Shown: in pieces, positions 27,955-37,530 of the stretch
How the letters are laid out: the number at the start of each line of letters is the position of its first letter
Position numbering within the stretch: the stretch's first letter is position 1
Source: Minisyncoccota bacterium
GTDB lineage: Bacteria; Patescibacteriota; Minisyncoccia; Phycocordibacterales; SBAW01
Length of the DNA stretch: 64,000 nucleotides
Assembly: GCA_035546615.1 (NCBI GenBank)
Contig: DASZWM010000005.1
Span: 1 to 64,000, forward strand
Reading direction: 5' to 3'
The notes under the pieces: model-generated
Databases searched by the model: none
Told to the model about the DNA's origin: nothing
Seen by the model: the letters and a program-made list of their open reading frames with translations, nothing else
Program-made: the position numbers and the translations under genes

Positions 27955-28461
27955 CTATTTTCCGATGGGCACCCGTACTGACGCCGCACAGGTAAGGCCG
28001 ATAGCTATAGCGTCGAGCTCGTCGTCAAGGCGCTTGCGTGCGGGGAGCTTCACGAGGCGCGGCACCATCGCCGCAACGGCAGTCTTGTCGCCGCGGCCGT
28101 AGCCGGTAATGGCGACCTTAACCTCAAGCGGAGTGTACTGATATACCACAAGCCGGCGGCTTGCCGCAATGTAGTTCAGCATGCCCATGACCTGGGCCAC
28201 GTGTATGGCGGTCTTTGCGTTCTTTTCAAAATACACTTCTTCGAGCGCCAGGGCTGATGGCTTCCATTCTGTTATGAGCTTTTGCGCAGCGTCTCCCAGC
28301 AGGGCGAGGCGCTCGGGGAAAGGGAGCTTCGCCGATGTTCGCACGCATTCGGAATGCAGGAGTATATCTTTACCGCCCCGCCTTTCTACGACCGCGACGC
28401 CGAGCCGCTCGTAGCCCGGGTCAAATGCCAATACTCGCAAGGGCGTAGTCATACTGCTCAT
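27955..28461 (-). CDS. ruvC: Crossover junction endodeoxyribonuclease RuvC.
   Basis: RVLAFDPGYERLGVAVV N-terminal catalytic Asp motif; LEEVYF, KLITEW-type segments; C-terminal DDELDAIAIGL. Start at ATG 28461 or 28452; the ORF track starts at 28500. Confidence 0.85.
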   Translation of the reverse strand: MSSMTTPLRVLAFDPGYERLGVAVVERRGGKDILLHSECVRTSAKLPFPERLALLGDAAQKLITEWKPSALALEEVYFEKNAKTAIHVAQVMGMLNYIAASRRLVVYQYTPLEVKVAITGYGRGDKTAVAAMVPRLVKLPARKRLDDELDAIAIGLTCAASVRVPIGK

Positions 28462-28584
28462 GGTAGAACACTGCCGGCCGTATGCAATGCGAGGCAGCAA
28501 GGAGATAATTTCCTGAGCAATAGTCCGCTATTGTGAGGGAATTAGCGAGGAAGCTAACGAAGCAGGGAGGCGGCCTGCAGCGTT

Positions 28585-29112
28585 CTACGCGGCGTTTGTA
28601 TAGACCTCGTTAACATCATCGTTGTCCTCAAGCGCGTCGACGAGTTCGGAGAGCTTGCTGCCGTCTTCCTCGGAGATCTCGACGGTAGTTACGGGTTCGA
28701 GCTTGCCTTCGGCTCCTTTGGCGAAAGCCCATGACGCCGCGCCGGGCTGGGCGAGCGCGGAGCCATGCAAAGAAAGTATATGTTTTATTTCCTGCGCGGT
28801 GCGGTTGCGCGAGTCGGTGTAGCCTTCAATGACAAGCGCCACGCCGCCGGGGCCGTACGCCTCGTAGGAGACCGGCTCAAGCTCGCCGGTGGTCGACGCC
28901 TTGTCTATCGCGCGCTCGATATTGTCCGCCGGCATGTTCGCCGCTCGCGCTTTCTCGACGGCCGCGCGCACGCCGGGGGCGGTGCGGTCGCCCTTGGCCT
29001 TCTTAGCCTCTATAGAAATGAATCGCACGAGCTTGGAGAAAAGCTTCGCTTTCTGCGCGTCGGTCTTGCCTTTAGTATGTTTTAGTTTTGCCCACTTAGA
29101 ATGTCCGGCCAT
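28585..29112 (-). CDS. YebC/PmpR family DNA-binding regulator (short form).
   Basis: MAGHSKWAKLKHTKGKTDAQKAKLFSKL is the diagnostic YebC N-terminus. 175 aa. Adjacent to ruvC as in many bacteria. Confidence 0.8.
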   Translation of the reverse strand: MAGHSKWAKLKHTKGKTDAQKAKLFSKLVRFISIEAKKAKGDRTAPGVRAAVEKARAANMPADNIERAIDKASTTGELEPVSYEAYGPGGVALVIEGYTDSRNRTAQEIKHILSLHGSALAQPGAASWAFAKGAEGKLEPVTTVEISEEDGSKLSELVDALEDNDDVNEVYTNAA

Positions 29113-29215
29113 ATATCAAGACTATATACGAATCCCTATCTAAATTCCAAGAGATCGAACTGCTCTCCTAAAACCCTCTTTTTTAGGCTATATTTACCGC
29201 GATGTTGACATCTCC

Positions 29216-29245
29216 TTGACAGATGTAAACTTAAAGGGGTATTAT
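29216..29245 (+). promoter_or_regulatory. Sigma70-like promoter for the fic gene.
   Basis: TTGACA (29216-29221), 18-nt spacer, TATTAT (29240-29245). It is about 27 nt upstream of ATG 29273, in an AT-rich spacer. Confidence 0.4.
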
Positions 29246-29272
29246 CTTTACATCCTGTAGAGGGTAAAATAT

Positions 29273-30409
29273 ATGAAAATAGGAGAATTCATTCAGCAAC
29301 CCCAAGGTTTTAAAACCTTTGTGCCCGATAAGTTTCCTCACAAGGATTTATCAAGCGTTATATTAAATCCGCAAACCTCTCAGCTTCACGCCCGGGCCGC
29401 TTTTTTGCTTGGGAAGTTGGATGGCATCACTCAACTTCTGCCAGATTTGGATTTTTTCATCTTCATGTATGTAAGAAAAGAAGCGGCGTTCTCAAGCGAA
29501 ATAGAGGGCACAAGAGCGACAATGATTGACGCTATCAGAGCGGAAGTAGAACTTACTCGCGATCTGCCTAATGACGTGGAGAACATTCTAAAATACATTG
29601 ACGCAATGAACTATGGTCTTAAGAGACTCGAGAACTTTCCACTCTCTCTGCGCCTCATTCGAGAGGTACATAAGACCCTTCTTGAACAGACGCAAGGCGG
29701 TATAGGCAAAACACCAGGAGAGTTTAGAACTTCTCAAAATTGGATCGGGGGTGCCTCGCCCGCAACGGCACGCTTCGTACCACCCCCTGTCGCAGCTATG
29801 CATGACGCCCTAGGGGACTTAGAGAAGTTTCTACATAATAGTGCGGATATTCCACCTCTTATCAAAACCGCTCTTGCACACTCTCAGTTCGAAACAATAC
29901 ATCCTTTTCTGGATGGTAATGGCCGCACAGGTAGACTTCTCGTCACCTTTTACCTCTGCCAACAGGAAGTACTTGAACGTCCGGTATTGTATCTCTCTGC
30001 CTATTTTAAGAAGCATCGAGACACCTATTTTGATCTGCTTAACGGCTACCATAACAAAGGCGAAATAGTCCCGTGGCTGAACTTCTTTTTAGAAGGAGTG
30101 GCTGAAGTGGCAGAGGCAGCAATTAAGGTTTCTCAAGCCATTAATATCTTACGTGAGGAAGACCAAATGAAAATTCAGGCTTTTGGTAGGTCGGCTGGCG
30201 TAGCGATGAAAGTGCTAAGAGCGCTTTACAAACTTCCTATTGTAGACGTACGCAAAATTCAGGAGTTGACAGGCTATTCCAGAACAGCCGCGAACAACTT
30301 TGTGAAAAAGCTTGTGGATCTGGAGATTCTTGTTCAGCGTAATAAAAAAGCTACCTATGGGCGACAATTCGAATACGCACGCTATTTAAAACTCTTTGCA
30401 AAAGAGTAA
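29273..30409 (+). CDS. fic: Fic family protein (putative AMPylase) with an N-terminal inhibitory motif and a C-terminal winged-helix-like domain, on a low-GC gene.
   Basis: Fic active-site motif HPFLDGNGRTGR. SxxxEG inhibitory motif (AAFSSEIEGT) upstream in the same polypeptide (class II arrangement). GC is clearly lower than the flanks. Inserted between yebC and ruvB. Confidence 0.85.
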   Translation: MKIGEFIQQPQGFKTFVPDKFPHKDLSSVILNPQTSQLHARAAFLLGKLDGITQLLPDLDFFIFMYVRKEAAFSSEIEGTRATMIDAIRAEVELTRDLPNDVENILKYIDAMNYGLKRLENFPLSLRLIREVHKTLLEQTQGGIGKTPGEFRTSQNWIGGASPATARFVPPPVAAMHDALGDLEKFLHNSADIPPLIKTALAHSQFETIHPFLDGNGRTGRLLVTFYLCQQEVLERPVLYLSAYFKKHRDTYFDLLNGYHNKGEIVPWLNFFLEGVAEVAEAAIKVSQAINILREEDQMKIQAFGRSAGVAMKVLRALYKLPIVDVRKIQELTGYSRTAANNFVKKLVDLEILVQRNKKATYGRQFEYARYLKLFAKE

Positions 30410-30413
30410 TCGC

Positions 30414-31469
30414 CTACAACAGCTTTTGGTTCAAATCCCCGGGCACCTCGAAGCCCAAGTGCTCGTAGGCTTTGCGGGTGGCCACGCGGCCGCGCTGCGT
30501 GCGCTCGATAAGCCCCAACTGGAGCAGGAAGGGCTCATGCACTTCCGAAAGGGTATTGGGCTCCTCAGCAAGCGCCGCAGCAAGCGCGTTCACGCCGGCA
30601 GGGCCGCCGTTAAAGCGCTCAATCAAAACACTAAGAAGCTTGCGGTCCAAAGGGCTGAGGCCAAGCTCGTCTACCTCAAGCATCCCAAGCGCGGCTGAAA
30701 CCGCTTTTGCGGTAAGGGGAGTGCGCTTGAGCTGCGCGTAGTCGCGGGCGCGCTTGAGCAGGTAATTGGCCGTGCGCGGAGTGGCGCGGCTGCGCTTGGC
30801 TATTTCGCGCACGCCGCTTTCCTCTATGTCTACGCCGAGGATCTTTGCGGAGCGGCTTACTATCTGTGCAATGTCGTCTTCCGAGTAAAACTCAAGCCGG
30901 AAGACCCCGCCGGAGAACCGTGAGCGCAGCGGAGCGGAAAGATCGGCCACGCGGGTGGTGGCGGCCACCAGCGTGAACGGCGGCAGCGGGAGTTCCAGCG
31001 TGCGGGCGGATGGCCCCTTGCCGATGATGATATTGAGCACGCCCGATTCCATGGCGGGGTAGAGCACTTCTTCTATTGAATGCGAGAGGCGATGGATCTC
31101 GTCTATGAAAAGGATGTCGCCGGGCTGAAGGTTGCTGAGAAGGGCTGCGAGGTCGCCCACGCGCTCGATAGCGGGCCCCGAGGTGCTCCTGAGTGCCGCG
31201 CCCTGCTCGCGCGCTATCAAATGCGCGAGGGTGGTCTTGCCTAAACCGGGCGGGCCGTAAAAAAGGATGTGTTCCGGCGGGTTGCCGCGCTCGCGGGCGG
31301 CCGAAATGAGGATATTCAGGTTGTTCTTTACCGCCTCCTGGCCGACATATTCGTCCCACGATGCGGGCCTGAGGGTCTGGTCGAGAAAGTCCTCCTTTTT
31401 TGCATCGATAGGAGCATCCTCCGGCGTGATTTCCGGACCAAGTTCGCTCTCCTCAGGGTTGCTTGACAT
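30414..31469 (-). CDS. ruvB: Holliday junction branch migration helicase RuvB.
   Basis: AAA+ Walker A GPPGLGKTTLA, Walker B ILFIDEIHRL, sensor RSRF, and a C-terminal winged helix. Confidence 0.9.
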   Translation of the reverse strand: MSSNPEESELGPEITPEDAPIDAKKEDFLDQTLRPASWDEYVGQEAVKNNLNILISAARERGNPPEHILFYGPPGLGKTTLAHLIAREQGAALRSTSGPAIERVGDLAALLSNLQPGDILFIDEIHRLSHSIEEVLYPAMESGVLNIIIGKGPSARTLELPLPPFTLVAATTRVADLSAPLRSRFSGGVFRLEFYSEDDIAQIVSRSAKILGVDIEESGVREIAKRSRATPRTANYLLKRARDYAQLKRTPLTAKAVSAALGMLEVDELGLSPLDRKLLSVLIERFNGGPAGVNALAAALAEEPNTLSEVHEPFLLQLGLIERTQRGRVATRKAYEHLGFEVPGDLNQKLL

Positions 31470-31544
31470 ATAGTAAGTAGTATGCTAGGCTTAATGTAGA
31501 ACTTCCTGTACAGGGGAGTTTTTTCTTTTGATATGTTCGGGTGA

Positions 31545-31695
31545 GTGTATCTCTAAGCAATATAAATCTGCAAGGATTTTTGGAGCCGTTTTAAGGACAT
31601 TCCGGCTGCTGGCCTCCGGGCCAGCGTGCGGGGGTTATCCTCAGATGCGGTTTCCGCCTTTCGACACGTTCGAATTGTTTATTGCTTAGAGATAC
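31545..31695. repeat. Perfect 16-bp inverted repeat pair flanking a 119-nt GC-rich structured spacer. Candidate MITE or structured ncRNA.
   Basis: tgtatctctaagcaat (31545-31560) and attgcttagagataca (31680-31695) are exact reverse complements. The spacer contains an internal hairpin ctggcc-tccg-ggccag. It lies in the intergenic region between pilB and ruvB. Confidence 0.45.
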
Positions 31696-31779
31696 AGTCC
31701 CCCCAACTCCACAGCCGAGGTGATCTTCCCCAATTGTACTCCCCTAAAAACGCTCTGTCAGGATTGACGCGGCGTTGTT

Positions 31780-33462
31780 TTAGTTTACGGAGTCGATGTC
31801 GATGACGCGCCTGAGCTCGTCAAGCGAAGTAACACCCCGCAACACTTTCAGTATTCCGTCCTGCTGGAGGGTAGGGATGCCCTGCGGCTTCGCCGCCTCG
31901 GCAACCTCGCGCTCCGAAGGCTTGCTGCGCAGAATCTCCTCTATCGCCCTATCCATGAATATGGCCTCGAATATGCCGATGCGGCCCTTATAGCCGCTGC
32001 CGTGGCATTCAGGGCAGCCTTCGGGGCTGGCATCGTATATGGTGCCGGTCTGGGGAGGTAGCAGCGCCTTGTTGGTAAGGTCCGCGAGCACGCGGTCTAT
32101 TATTTGCTGCTCGCCGGGGGTGGCCGGCCTGGTCTTGCGGCACTGCGCGCACAGCTTGCGCACGAGGCGCTGTGCCATCGCGACATTTACCGATGATGAA
32201 AGCACCTTTTCGGAAATCCCGAGGTCGATGAGGCGGGGGAATGTCCCGGCCGCGTCGTTGGTGTGGAGCGTCGAGAATACGAGGTGGCCGGTCAGCGCCG
32301 CGTTAATGGCGGTCGAGGCGACCTCTTCGTCGCGGATCTCGCCGATCATGATGATGTCCGGGTCCTGGCGGAGCGCGGAGCGCAGGCCCGCGGCGAACGT
32401 GTATGTCTTTTTGTCCACCTGCGTCTGCACGACGCCCTGAAGGTGGTACTCGATAGGGTCCTCTATCGTGATAATTTTGCTGCCCGGAGAGTTCACCTTG
32501 CGCAAAAAGGCGTAGAGCGTCGTCGTCTTGCCCGAACCCGTGGGGCCGGTGTTGAGTATCATGCCGTTTGGCTTCGTTATTTCGCGCTCGATGCGCGCGC
32601 GCAGTTCGGGCTCGAGCCCCAGCTCCTCAAGCGGCACGCCGATGGATTTCGGATTCAGAATGCGCAGCACCATGGTCTCGGCGTAATTGCCGGGCAGCAC
32701 CGAGGTGCGCAGCTCGATTTCCGCGCCTTTAATCTTTATGGAAAACCGGCCGTCCTGCGCTTCGTCGGCGACGTTGAGCTTGAGGCCGGAGAGAAGCTTG
32801 AGGCGCGAGAGCACCTGCTTGTACGTTTCGTGGTCGAAAGTGAGCACGTCGACAAGCACGCCGTCGAGCCGATAGCGCAAACGCACGGCCGCCTCTTCCG
32901 GCTCGAAGTGCACGTCGGATGCGTTGGTGGAGAGCCCGCCGGCAAGTATGACCTCCAGGATGCGCGTGATGCGGTAGGCGCGCTTGAGGTCTATCGCGTC
33001 TTTCACGAGCGCGCTGATGTCGGAGAGGCCTTTTACTTTCGAAAGCAGGTCTTCCAGCTCCTGGTTGGAGAGCTCGAACACGCCGGCCTTCGATTCGGTC
33101 GCGTAGGAGAGGTCCGCGTAGCGGGTGAATGCGCGCTTGAGGCTCTCGCTTGAGGTGATGAACACCGTTACCTCGTAGCCGAGGTCCTTGAGCTTTTGTA
33201 TCATGGCCTTCGCCTTCGGGTTCTCCGGCGAGCGGGCCGCGACGGTAACGCGCTTGCCCACGCGGCCGAAAGCGACGATTTCCGCGTCGTGCGCCTCGTC
33301 CTCGGTGAGGAGCCTCAGCGCGTCTGTGTTGACGGCCACCAGGGAAAGGTCCACATACTCCACTCCGTACTTGCCGGCGAGCATCTGCGCGAGTTCCTCT
33401 TCCTCGCGCTTGCGCAGAAAGTCGATGCGCTTTGTCTCTTCCGTGTCGTTAAAGACCACCAT
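31780..33462 (-). CDS. pilB: Type II secretion / type IV pilus assembly ATPase (GspE/PilB family).
   Basis: Walker A GPTGSGKTTT. Asp and His boxes (IITIEDPIEYH; IMIGEIRDEEVA; LVFSTLHTNDAAG). Tetracysteine motif CPECHGSGYKGR. N-terminal T2SE_N-like region. Start taken at ATG 33462; the ORF-track start at 33693 overlaps tsaE. Confidence 0.85.
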   Translation of the reverse strand: MVVFNDTEETKRIDFLRKREEEELAQMLAGKYGVEYVDLSLVAVNTDALRLLTEDEAHDAEIVAFGRVGKRVTVAARSPENPKAKAMIQKLKDLGYEVTVFITSSESLKRAFTRYADLSYATESKAGVFELSNQELEDLLSKVKGLSDISALVKDAIDLKRAYRITRILEVILAGGLSTNASDVHFEPEEAAVRLRYRLDGVLVDVLTFDHETYKQVLSRLKLLSGLKLNVADEAQDGRFSIKIKGAEIELRTSVLPGNYAETMVLRILNPKSIGVPLEELGLEPELRARIEREITKPNGMILNTGPTGSGKTTTLYAFLRKVNSPGSKIITIEDPIEYHLQGVVQTQVDKKTYTFAAGLRSALRQDPDIIMIGEIRDEEVASTAINAALTGHLVFSTLHTNDAAGTFPRLIDLGISEKVLSSSVNVAMAQRLVRKLCAQCRKTRPATPGEQQIIDRVLADLTNKALLPPQTGTIYDASPEGCPECHGSGYKGRIGIFEAIFMDRAIEEILRSKPSEREVAEAAKPQGIPTLQQDGILKVLRGVTSLDELRRVIDIDSVN

Positions 33463-33484
33463 GCATATATTGTACACTAGCTCT

Positions 33485-33925
33485 ATGGAGAGAATTACGC
33501 TCAGCGGTCTGCCAGAGACGGCAAAAACGGTGCTCGAGAAGATCCCGGAGAAAACGGACGGCGCCGCGGTGCTGGCGCTCTCGGGCGACCTCGGAGCAGG
33601 GAAGACCACTTTCGTGCAGGCGCTTGCCCGCGAGCTTGGCATACAGGAGACCGTGCAGAGTCCGACGTATGTGTTGATGAAGTCGTACCCCATAGCCTAC
33701 AAACAGTTCACGACCCTTATACATATAGATGCGTATCGTCTGGAGAAGCCTGAGGAGTTCGCGGCGCTGAAGCCCGATATATTCTTGGCCGACCCAACGA
33801 ACCTGGTATGCATCGAGTGGCCGGAGAAGGCAGGTACGGCGCTTGCGAAGCCTGACCTGCTGCTGAAGTTCTCTTCCGAAGGCGCACAAGAAGGGGAGCG
33901 GTACATTTCGATCGAACAGGAGTAA
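33485..33925 (+). CDS. tsaE: tRNA threonylcarbamoyladenosine biosynthesis protein TsaE (YjeE).
   Basis: P-loop LSGDLGAGKTTFVQALAREL followed by SPTY(V/T)L, characteristic of TsaE. 146 aa. Confidence 0.75.
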   Translation: MERITLSGLPETAKTVLEKIPEKTDGAAVLALSGDLGAGKTTFVQALARELGIQETVQSPTYVLMKSYPIAYKQFTTLIHIDAYRLEKPEEFAALKPDIFLADPTNLVCIEWPEKAGTALAKPDLLLKFSSEGAQEGERYISIEQE

Positions 33926-33942
33926 ACTCTCTTAGACAAACC

Positions 33943-36324
33943 ATGGAAAAGAGCAAAAAACGGCTGGTGATACTCGATACGCACGCGATACTGCATCGCG
34001 CGTTCCACGCGCTGCCGGACTTCGCTTCGAGCAAGGGGGTGCCGACCGGCGCCCTGTACGGCCTTGTGTCTATGCTGGTGCGCATCGCGAGCGACCTCAA
34101 GCCCGACTACATCGCCGCGGCGTTCGACCTCCCCAAGCCGACCCACCGCCACCTGGCGTACGACAAATATAAATCGCACCGGCCCAAGACAGACGACGCA
34201 CTCGTGGCGCAGATAGAGCAGTCGCGCGAGGTGCTGAAAGCGTTCGGCATTCCGCTGTATGAGAACGAAGGATTCGAGGCGGACGACGTCATCGGGACCA
34301 TCGTGGAGGAAATGAAGGGCAGGAAGGACGTGGACCTCATTATTGCCTCCGGCGACATGGATATTCTCCAGCTGGTTGACGATGCGCGGGTGCGCGCGTT
34401 CATGCCGAAAAAAGGGCTTTCAGAGACAATGCTGTACGACGAAGACGCGGTCATTGCCCGCTACGGCTTCGGGCCTTCGCTCATTCCCGACTACAAGGGC
34501 CTGCGCGGCGATACAAGCGATAACATCCCGGGCGTGAAGGGCATAGGAGAAAAGACCGCCACAACGCTTATCACTACCTTCGGCACTGTGGAGGATATGT
34601 ACAAGGCGCTCAAGAAAAGCCCAAAGAAGTTCGAGGATGCGGGTATCAAGGGCGCGATGCTCGAAAAATTAAAGGCAGGAGAAGAGGAGGCGGAGTTTTC
34701 CAAGATGCTTGCGACGATACAGCGCGACGCGCCTATCGACTTTAAGCTCCCTGAGCGCAGCTGGCGCGAAAGCGCGCAGGTGGAGACCGTGCTCGATATG
34801 CTCGCGCAGTACGAGTTCCGTTCGCTAAGCCCTCGCGTGCGCGAGCTCTTCAACGGCAATACGCAGGACAAGGACTATGTGGCGGGCGACGAGCTGTTCG
34901 CGGAAGCGGCAGAGGTAGTTCCTGAGGACGAATTCAACAAGATAGCGCTGGCGGTATCAGTGCTGGACTCCAACATCGCGGAGCCGACGCTTGAGGATAT
35001 CTATCGCCTCGGGCGCTCGCGCGTGTTCGAAGAGGCCAAGAAGAACATTCTCGCCGAGATAAAGGAGAAGGAGCTTTCGTTCGTGTACGAGGCGATAGAG
35101 CTGCCGCTCATGCCGGTACTGCGGGCGATGGAGCGCAAGGGCGTGTGCATCGACAAGAAATTCCTGGCGGAGCTTTCGAAGGAATATCACGCCGAGCTCA
35201 AGAAAATAAGCGCGCGGATATTCGAAGCGGCGGGGGAGGAGTTCAATATCAATTCGCCGAAGCAATTGGGCGACATTCTTTTCGACAAGCTCGGGCTCAA
35301 GCCCGAGAAGCAGAAGAAGACCGCGGGGGGCGCCCGCTCGACGCGCGAGTCGGAACTCGAGAAGATGCGCCTGATGCATCCTATCGTTGCCGACATTTTG
35401 GCCTTCCGCGAGCTTTCAAAATTGCTTGGAACCTATATCGACAACCTGCCGACGCTTTTGGACGAGCATAACCGCGTGCATACGCACTTTATCCAGATGG
35501 GCGCCGCCACGGGACGCCTGGCGACCAAGGACCCGGGCCTCCAGAATATTCCCATCAAGACCGAGCTCGGCCGCGCTATACGCCGCGCATTCATCGCCGA
35601 GAAAGGCTACGAGCTTGTCGCGTTCGATTACAGCCAGATAGAGCTGCGCATCGCCGCGTGGCTCTCGGGTGACCCGGGCCTTATGGAGATATTCCGCGAC
35701 GGACGCGACGCGCATACCGAAGTCGCTTCGCGCGTGTTCCATGTGCGCGCCGAGGACGTGAGCTACGAGCAGCGACGCCGCGCCAAGGTCATCAACTTCG
35801 GTATCCTCTACGGCATGGGCGTTACCGCGCTCCAGCAGTCGCTCGGGACCTCCCGAAAAGAGGCGCAGGAGTTCTACAATCAGTACTTTGAAGCATTTCC
35901 CCGGCTGGCTGCATATATAGACGAGATAAAAATAAGCGTGAGCAAGCTCGGGTATGTCAAAACGTATTTCGGCCGACGCCGGTACATGGACGCCATCCAG
36001 TCGCCGATACCGTACGTGCGCGCGGCCGCCGAGCGCATGGCGGTCAATGCGCCGATGCAAGGGACGCAGGCAGACATCGTGAAGCTCGCCATGGTCGAGA
36101 TAGTGAAATATTTGAAGGACCAGGGCGCGCATGACAGCGCCCATATGCTGCTTCAGGTCCACGACGAACTCGTGTTCGAGATAGAAGAGGGGAGAGTAGC
36201 TGAGCTGGCGCCGAAAATAAAAGGCATCATGGAGAACATCGTACCGAGCGAGGAGCGAAACGGCATTCCGTTCATTGCCGAAGGGAAGGTCGGCAAGAAC
36301 TGGGGCGAGATGGAAAAACTATAA
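33943..36324 (+). CDS. polA: DNA polymerase I (5'-3' exonuclease + polymerase domains).
   Basis: N-terminal FEN domain (LVILDTHAILHRAFHAL; GFEADDVIGT). Pol A motifs DYSQIELRI (motif A), RRRAKVINFGILYG (motif B) and VHDELVFE (motif C). Confidence 0.9.
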   Translation: MEKSKKRLVILDTHAILHRAFHALPDFASSKGVPTGALYGLVSMLVRIASDLKPDYIAAAFDLPKPTHRHLAYDKYKSHRPKTDDALVAQIEQSREVLKAFGIPLYENEGFEADDVIGTIVEEMKGRKDVDLIIASGDMDILQLVDDARVRAFMPKKGLSETMLYDEDAVIARYGFGPSLIPDYKGLRGDTSDNIPGVKGIGEKTATTLITTFGTVEDMYKALKKSPKKFEDAGIKGAMLEKLKAGEEEAEFSKMLATIQRDAPIDFKLPERSWRESAQVETVLDMLAQYEFRSLSPRVRELFNGNTQDKDYVAGDELFAEAAEVVPEDEFNKIALAVSVLDSNIAEPTLEDIYRLGRSRVFEEAKKNILAEIKEKELSFVYEAIELPLMPVLRAMERKGVCIDKKFLAELSKEYHAELKKISARIFEAAGEEFNINSPKQLGDILFDKLGLKPEKQKKTAGGARSTRESELEKMRLMHPIVADILAFRELSKLLGTYIDNLPTLLDEHNRVHTHFIQMGAATGRLATKDPGLQNIPIKTELGRAIRRAFIAEKGYELVAFDYSQIELRIAAWLSGDPGLMEIFRDGRDAHTEVASRVFHVRAEDVSYEQRRRAKVINFGILYGMGVTALQQSLGTSRKEAQEFYNQYFEAFPRLAAYIDEIKISVSKLGYVKTYFGRRRYMDAIQSPIPYVRAAAERMAVNAPMQGTQADIVKLAMVEIVKYLKDQGAHDSAHMLLQVHDELVFEIEEGRVAELAPKIKGIMENIVPSEERNGIPFIAEGKVGKNWGEMEKL

Positions 36325-36326
36325 TC

Positions 36327-36887
36327 ATGCTTACTGTCGTCGTCGGAAAATCAGCAAAGAAAAAGGGAGCCGAAGAGCTCAAGTGGGAGGCGCTCGCTCC
36401 TGAGGAGCTTTCGATACTTGCTTCTACCGAAGCGCTCTTCGGGGGTGCCAAGACGTATGTATTGATGGGAGCATTGGCGGGGGAGCGGATGGAAGAATTT
36501 TTAGATATCGCAGAGGTGCTCGCGGAATCCCCGCATACATTTATTTTCGAGGAAGAGAAGCTCCTCAAGCGCGAGACGGATATTCTCACTAAAGCGGGGG
36601 CAAAGATAGAAAAAAAGGAGAAAGCAGCAGCTGGGAAGTCGGGTTTTGACCCGTTCGGCATTACCTTCGCGCTCGGCAGCCGCGACAAAAAGAAGCTGTG
36701 GTTGGGGCTCACCCAAGCCATCCGCGCCGGCGAGAAGCCGGAAGCGCTCGCGGGCCTGCTCGCCTGGAAGGCGCGGCAGATGAAAGACGCAAAGCTGAGT
36801 CGCGAACTGGTCTGGATGTATCACGACTCGCACAGGGGAGCGGGGGATTTGGAACTGTTGCTCGAGCGGTTCGCTCTAAAACTCTAA
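36327..36887 (+). CDS. Hypothetical protein (186 aa) translationally coupled to polA.
   Basis: ORF starts 3 nt after the polA stop. Lys/Glu-rich. No recognisable motif. Confidence 0.4.
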   Translation: MLTVVVGKSAKKKGAEELKWEALAPEELSILASTEALFGGAKTYVLMGALAGERMEEFLDIAEVLAESPHTFIFEEEKLLKRETDILTKAGAKIEKKEKAAAGKSGFDPFGITFALGSRDKKKLWLGLTQAIRAGEKPEALAGLLAWKARQMKDAKLSRELVWMYHDSHRGAGDLELLLERFALKL

Positions 36888-37495
36888 TGAACCTTAAAGA
36901 TACATACAACAAAATCGCGCGTGATTGGTTTAAGGATCACAACGACGATACGTGGTGGATTGAGCGGACGGACAAGTTGATCTCGCTACTGCCGCCCCAT
37001 GCAAAAGTTTTGGATATCGGCTGCGGGGCCGGACACAAATCGGCATATTTCGCAGGTAAGGGATTTGAAGTCGTAGGAGGAGATTTTTCCGAGGAGATGA
37101 TAAAGATTGCGCGCGAGCAAGTTCCCGGCGCAGAATTTAAGGTCCTAGATCTCTATGAGCTGGATACACTTACGGAAAAATTTGACTGCGTCTTTGCGCA
37201 AGCGGTATTTCTCCATATCCCGAAAAAAGACGTTCTAGGGATTTTCAGAAAAGTAAAAGAGATATTGCGGGAGGGCGGGCTGTTTTACATCGCGGTTAAG
37301 GAAGCGAGAGAAGGCAGCCCCGACGAAGCGGTTCTGACCGAAAATGGATACGGATACGAGTATCAAAGATTTTTCAGCTACTTTTCCGCCGCCGAGATCC
37401 ATGAGTATCTTTCAGAAGCAGGGTTCGAGGTTGTGGACTCCGGAGTAACTGATGTAGGCCATACTCGCTGGGTACAAGTAATAGCAAAACTCTAG
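36887..37495 (+). CDS. Class I SAM-dependent methyltransferase.
   Basis: Motif I VLDIGCGAGHKS, motif post-I EVVGGDFSEEM, motif II CVFAQAVFLHI. Start ATG overlaps the upstream stop (TAATG). Confidence 0.7.
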   Translation: MNLKDTYNKIARDWFKDHNDDTWWIERTDKLISLLPPHAKVLDIGCGAGHKSAYFAGKGFEVVGGDFSEEMIKIAREQVPGAEFKVLDLYELDTLTEKFDCVFAQAVFLHIPKKDVLGIFRKVKEILREGGLFYIAVKEAREGSPDEAVLTENGYGYEYQRFFSYFSAAEIHEYLSEAGFEVVDSGVTDVGHTRWVQVIAKL

Positions 37496-37530
37496 TAATT
37501 TAGGCGTTTTCGTTGTATTTTGTTGATATT

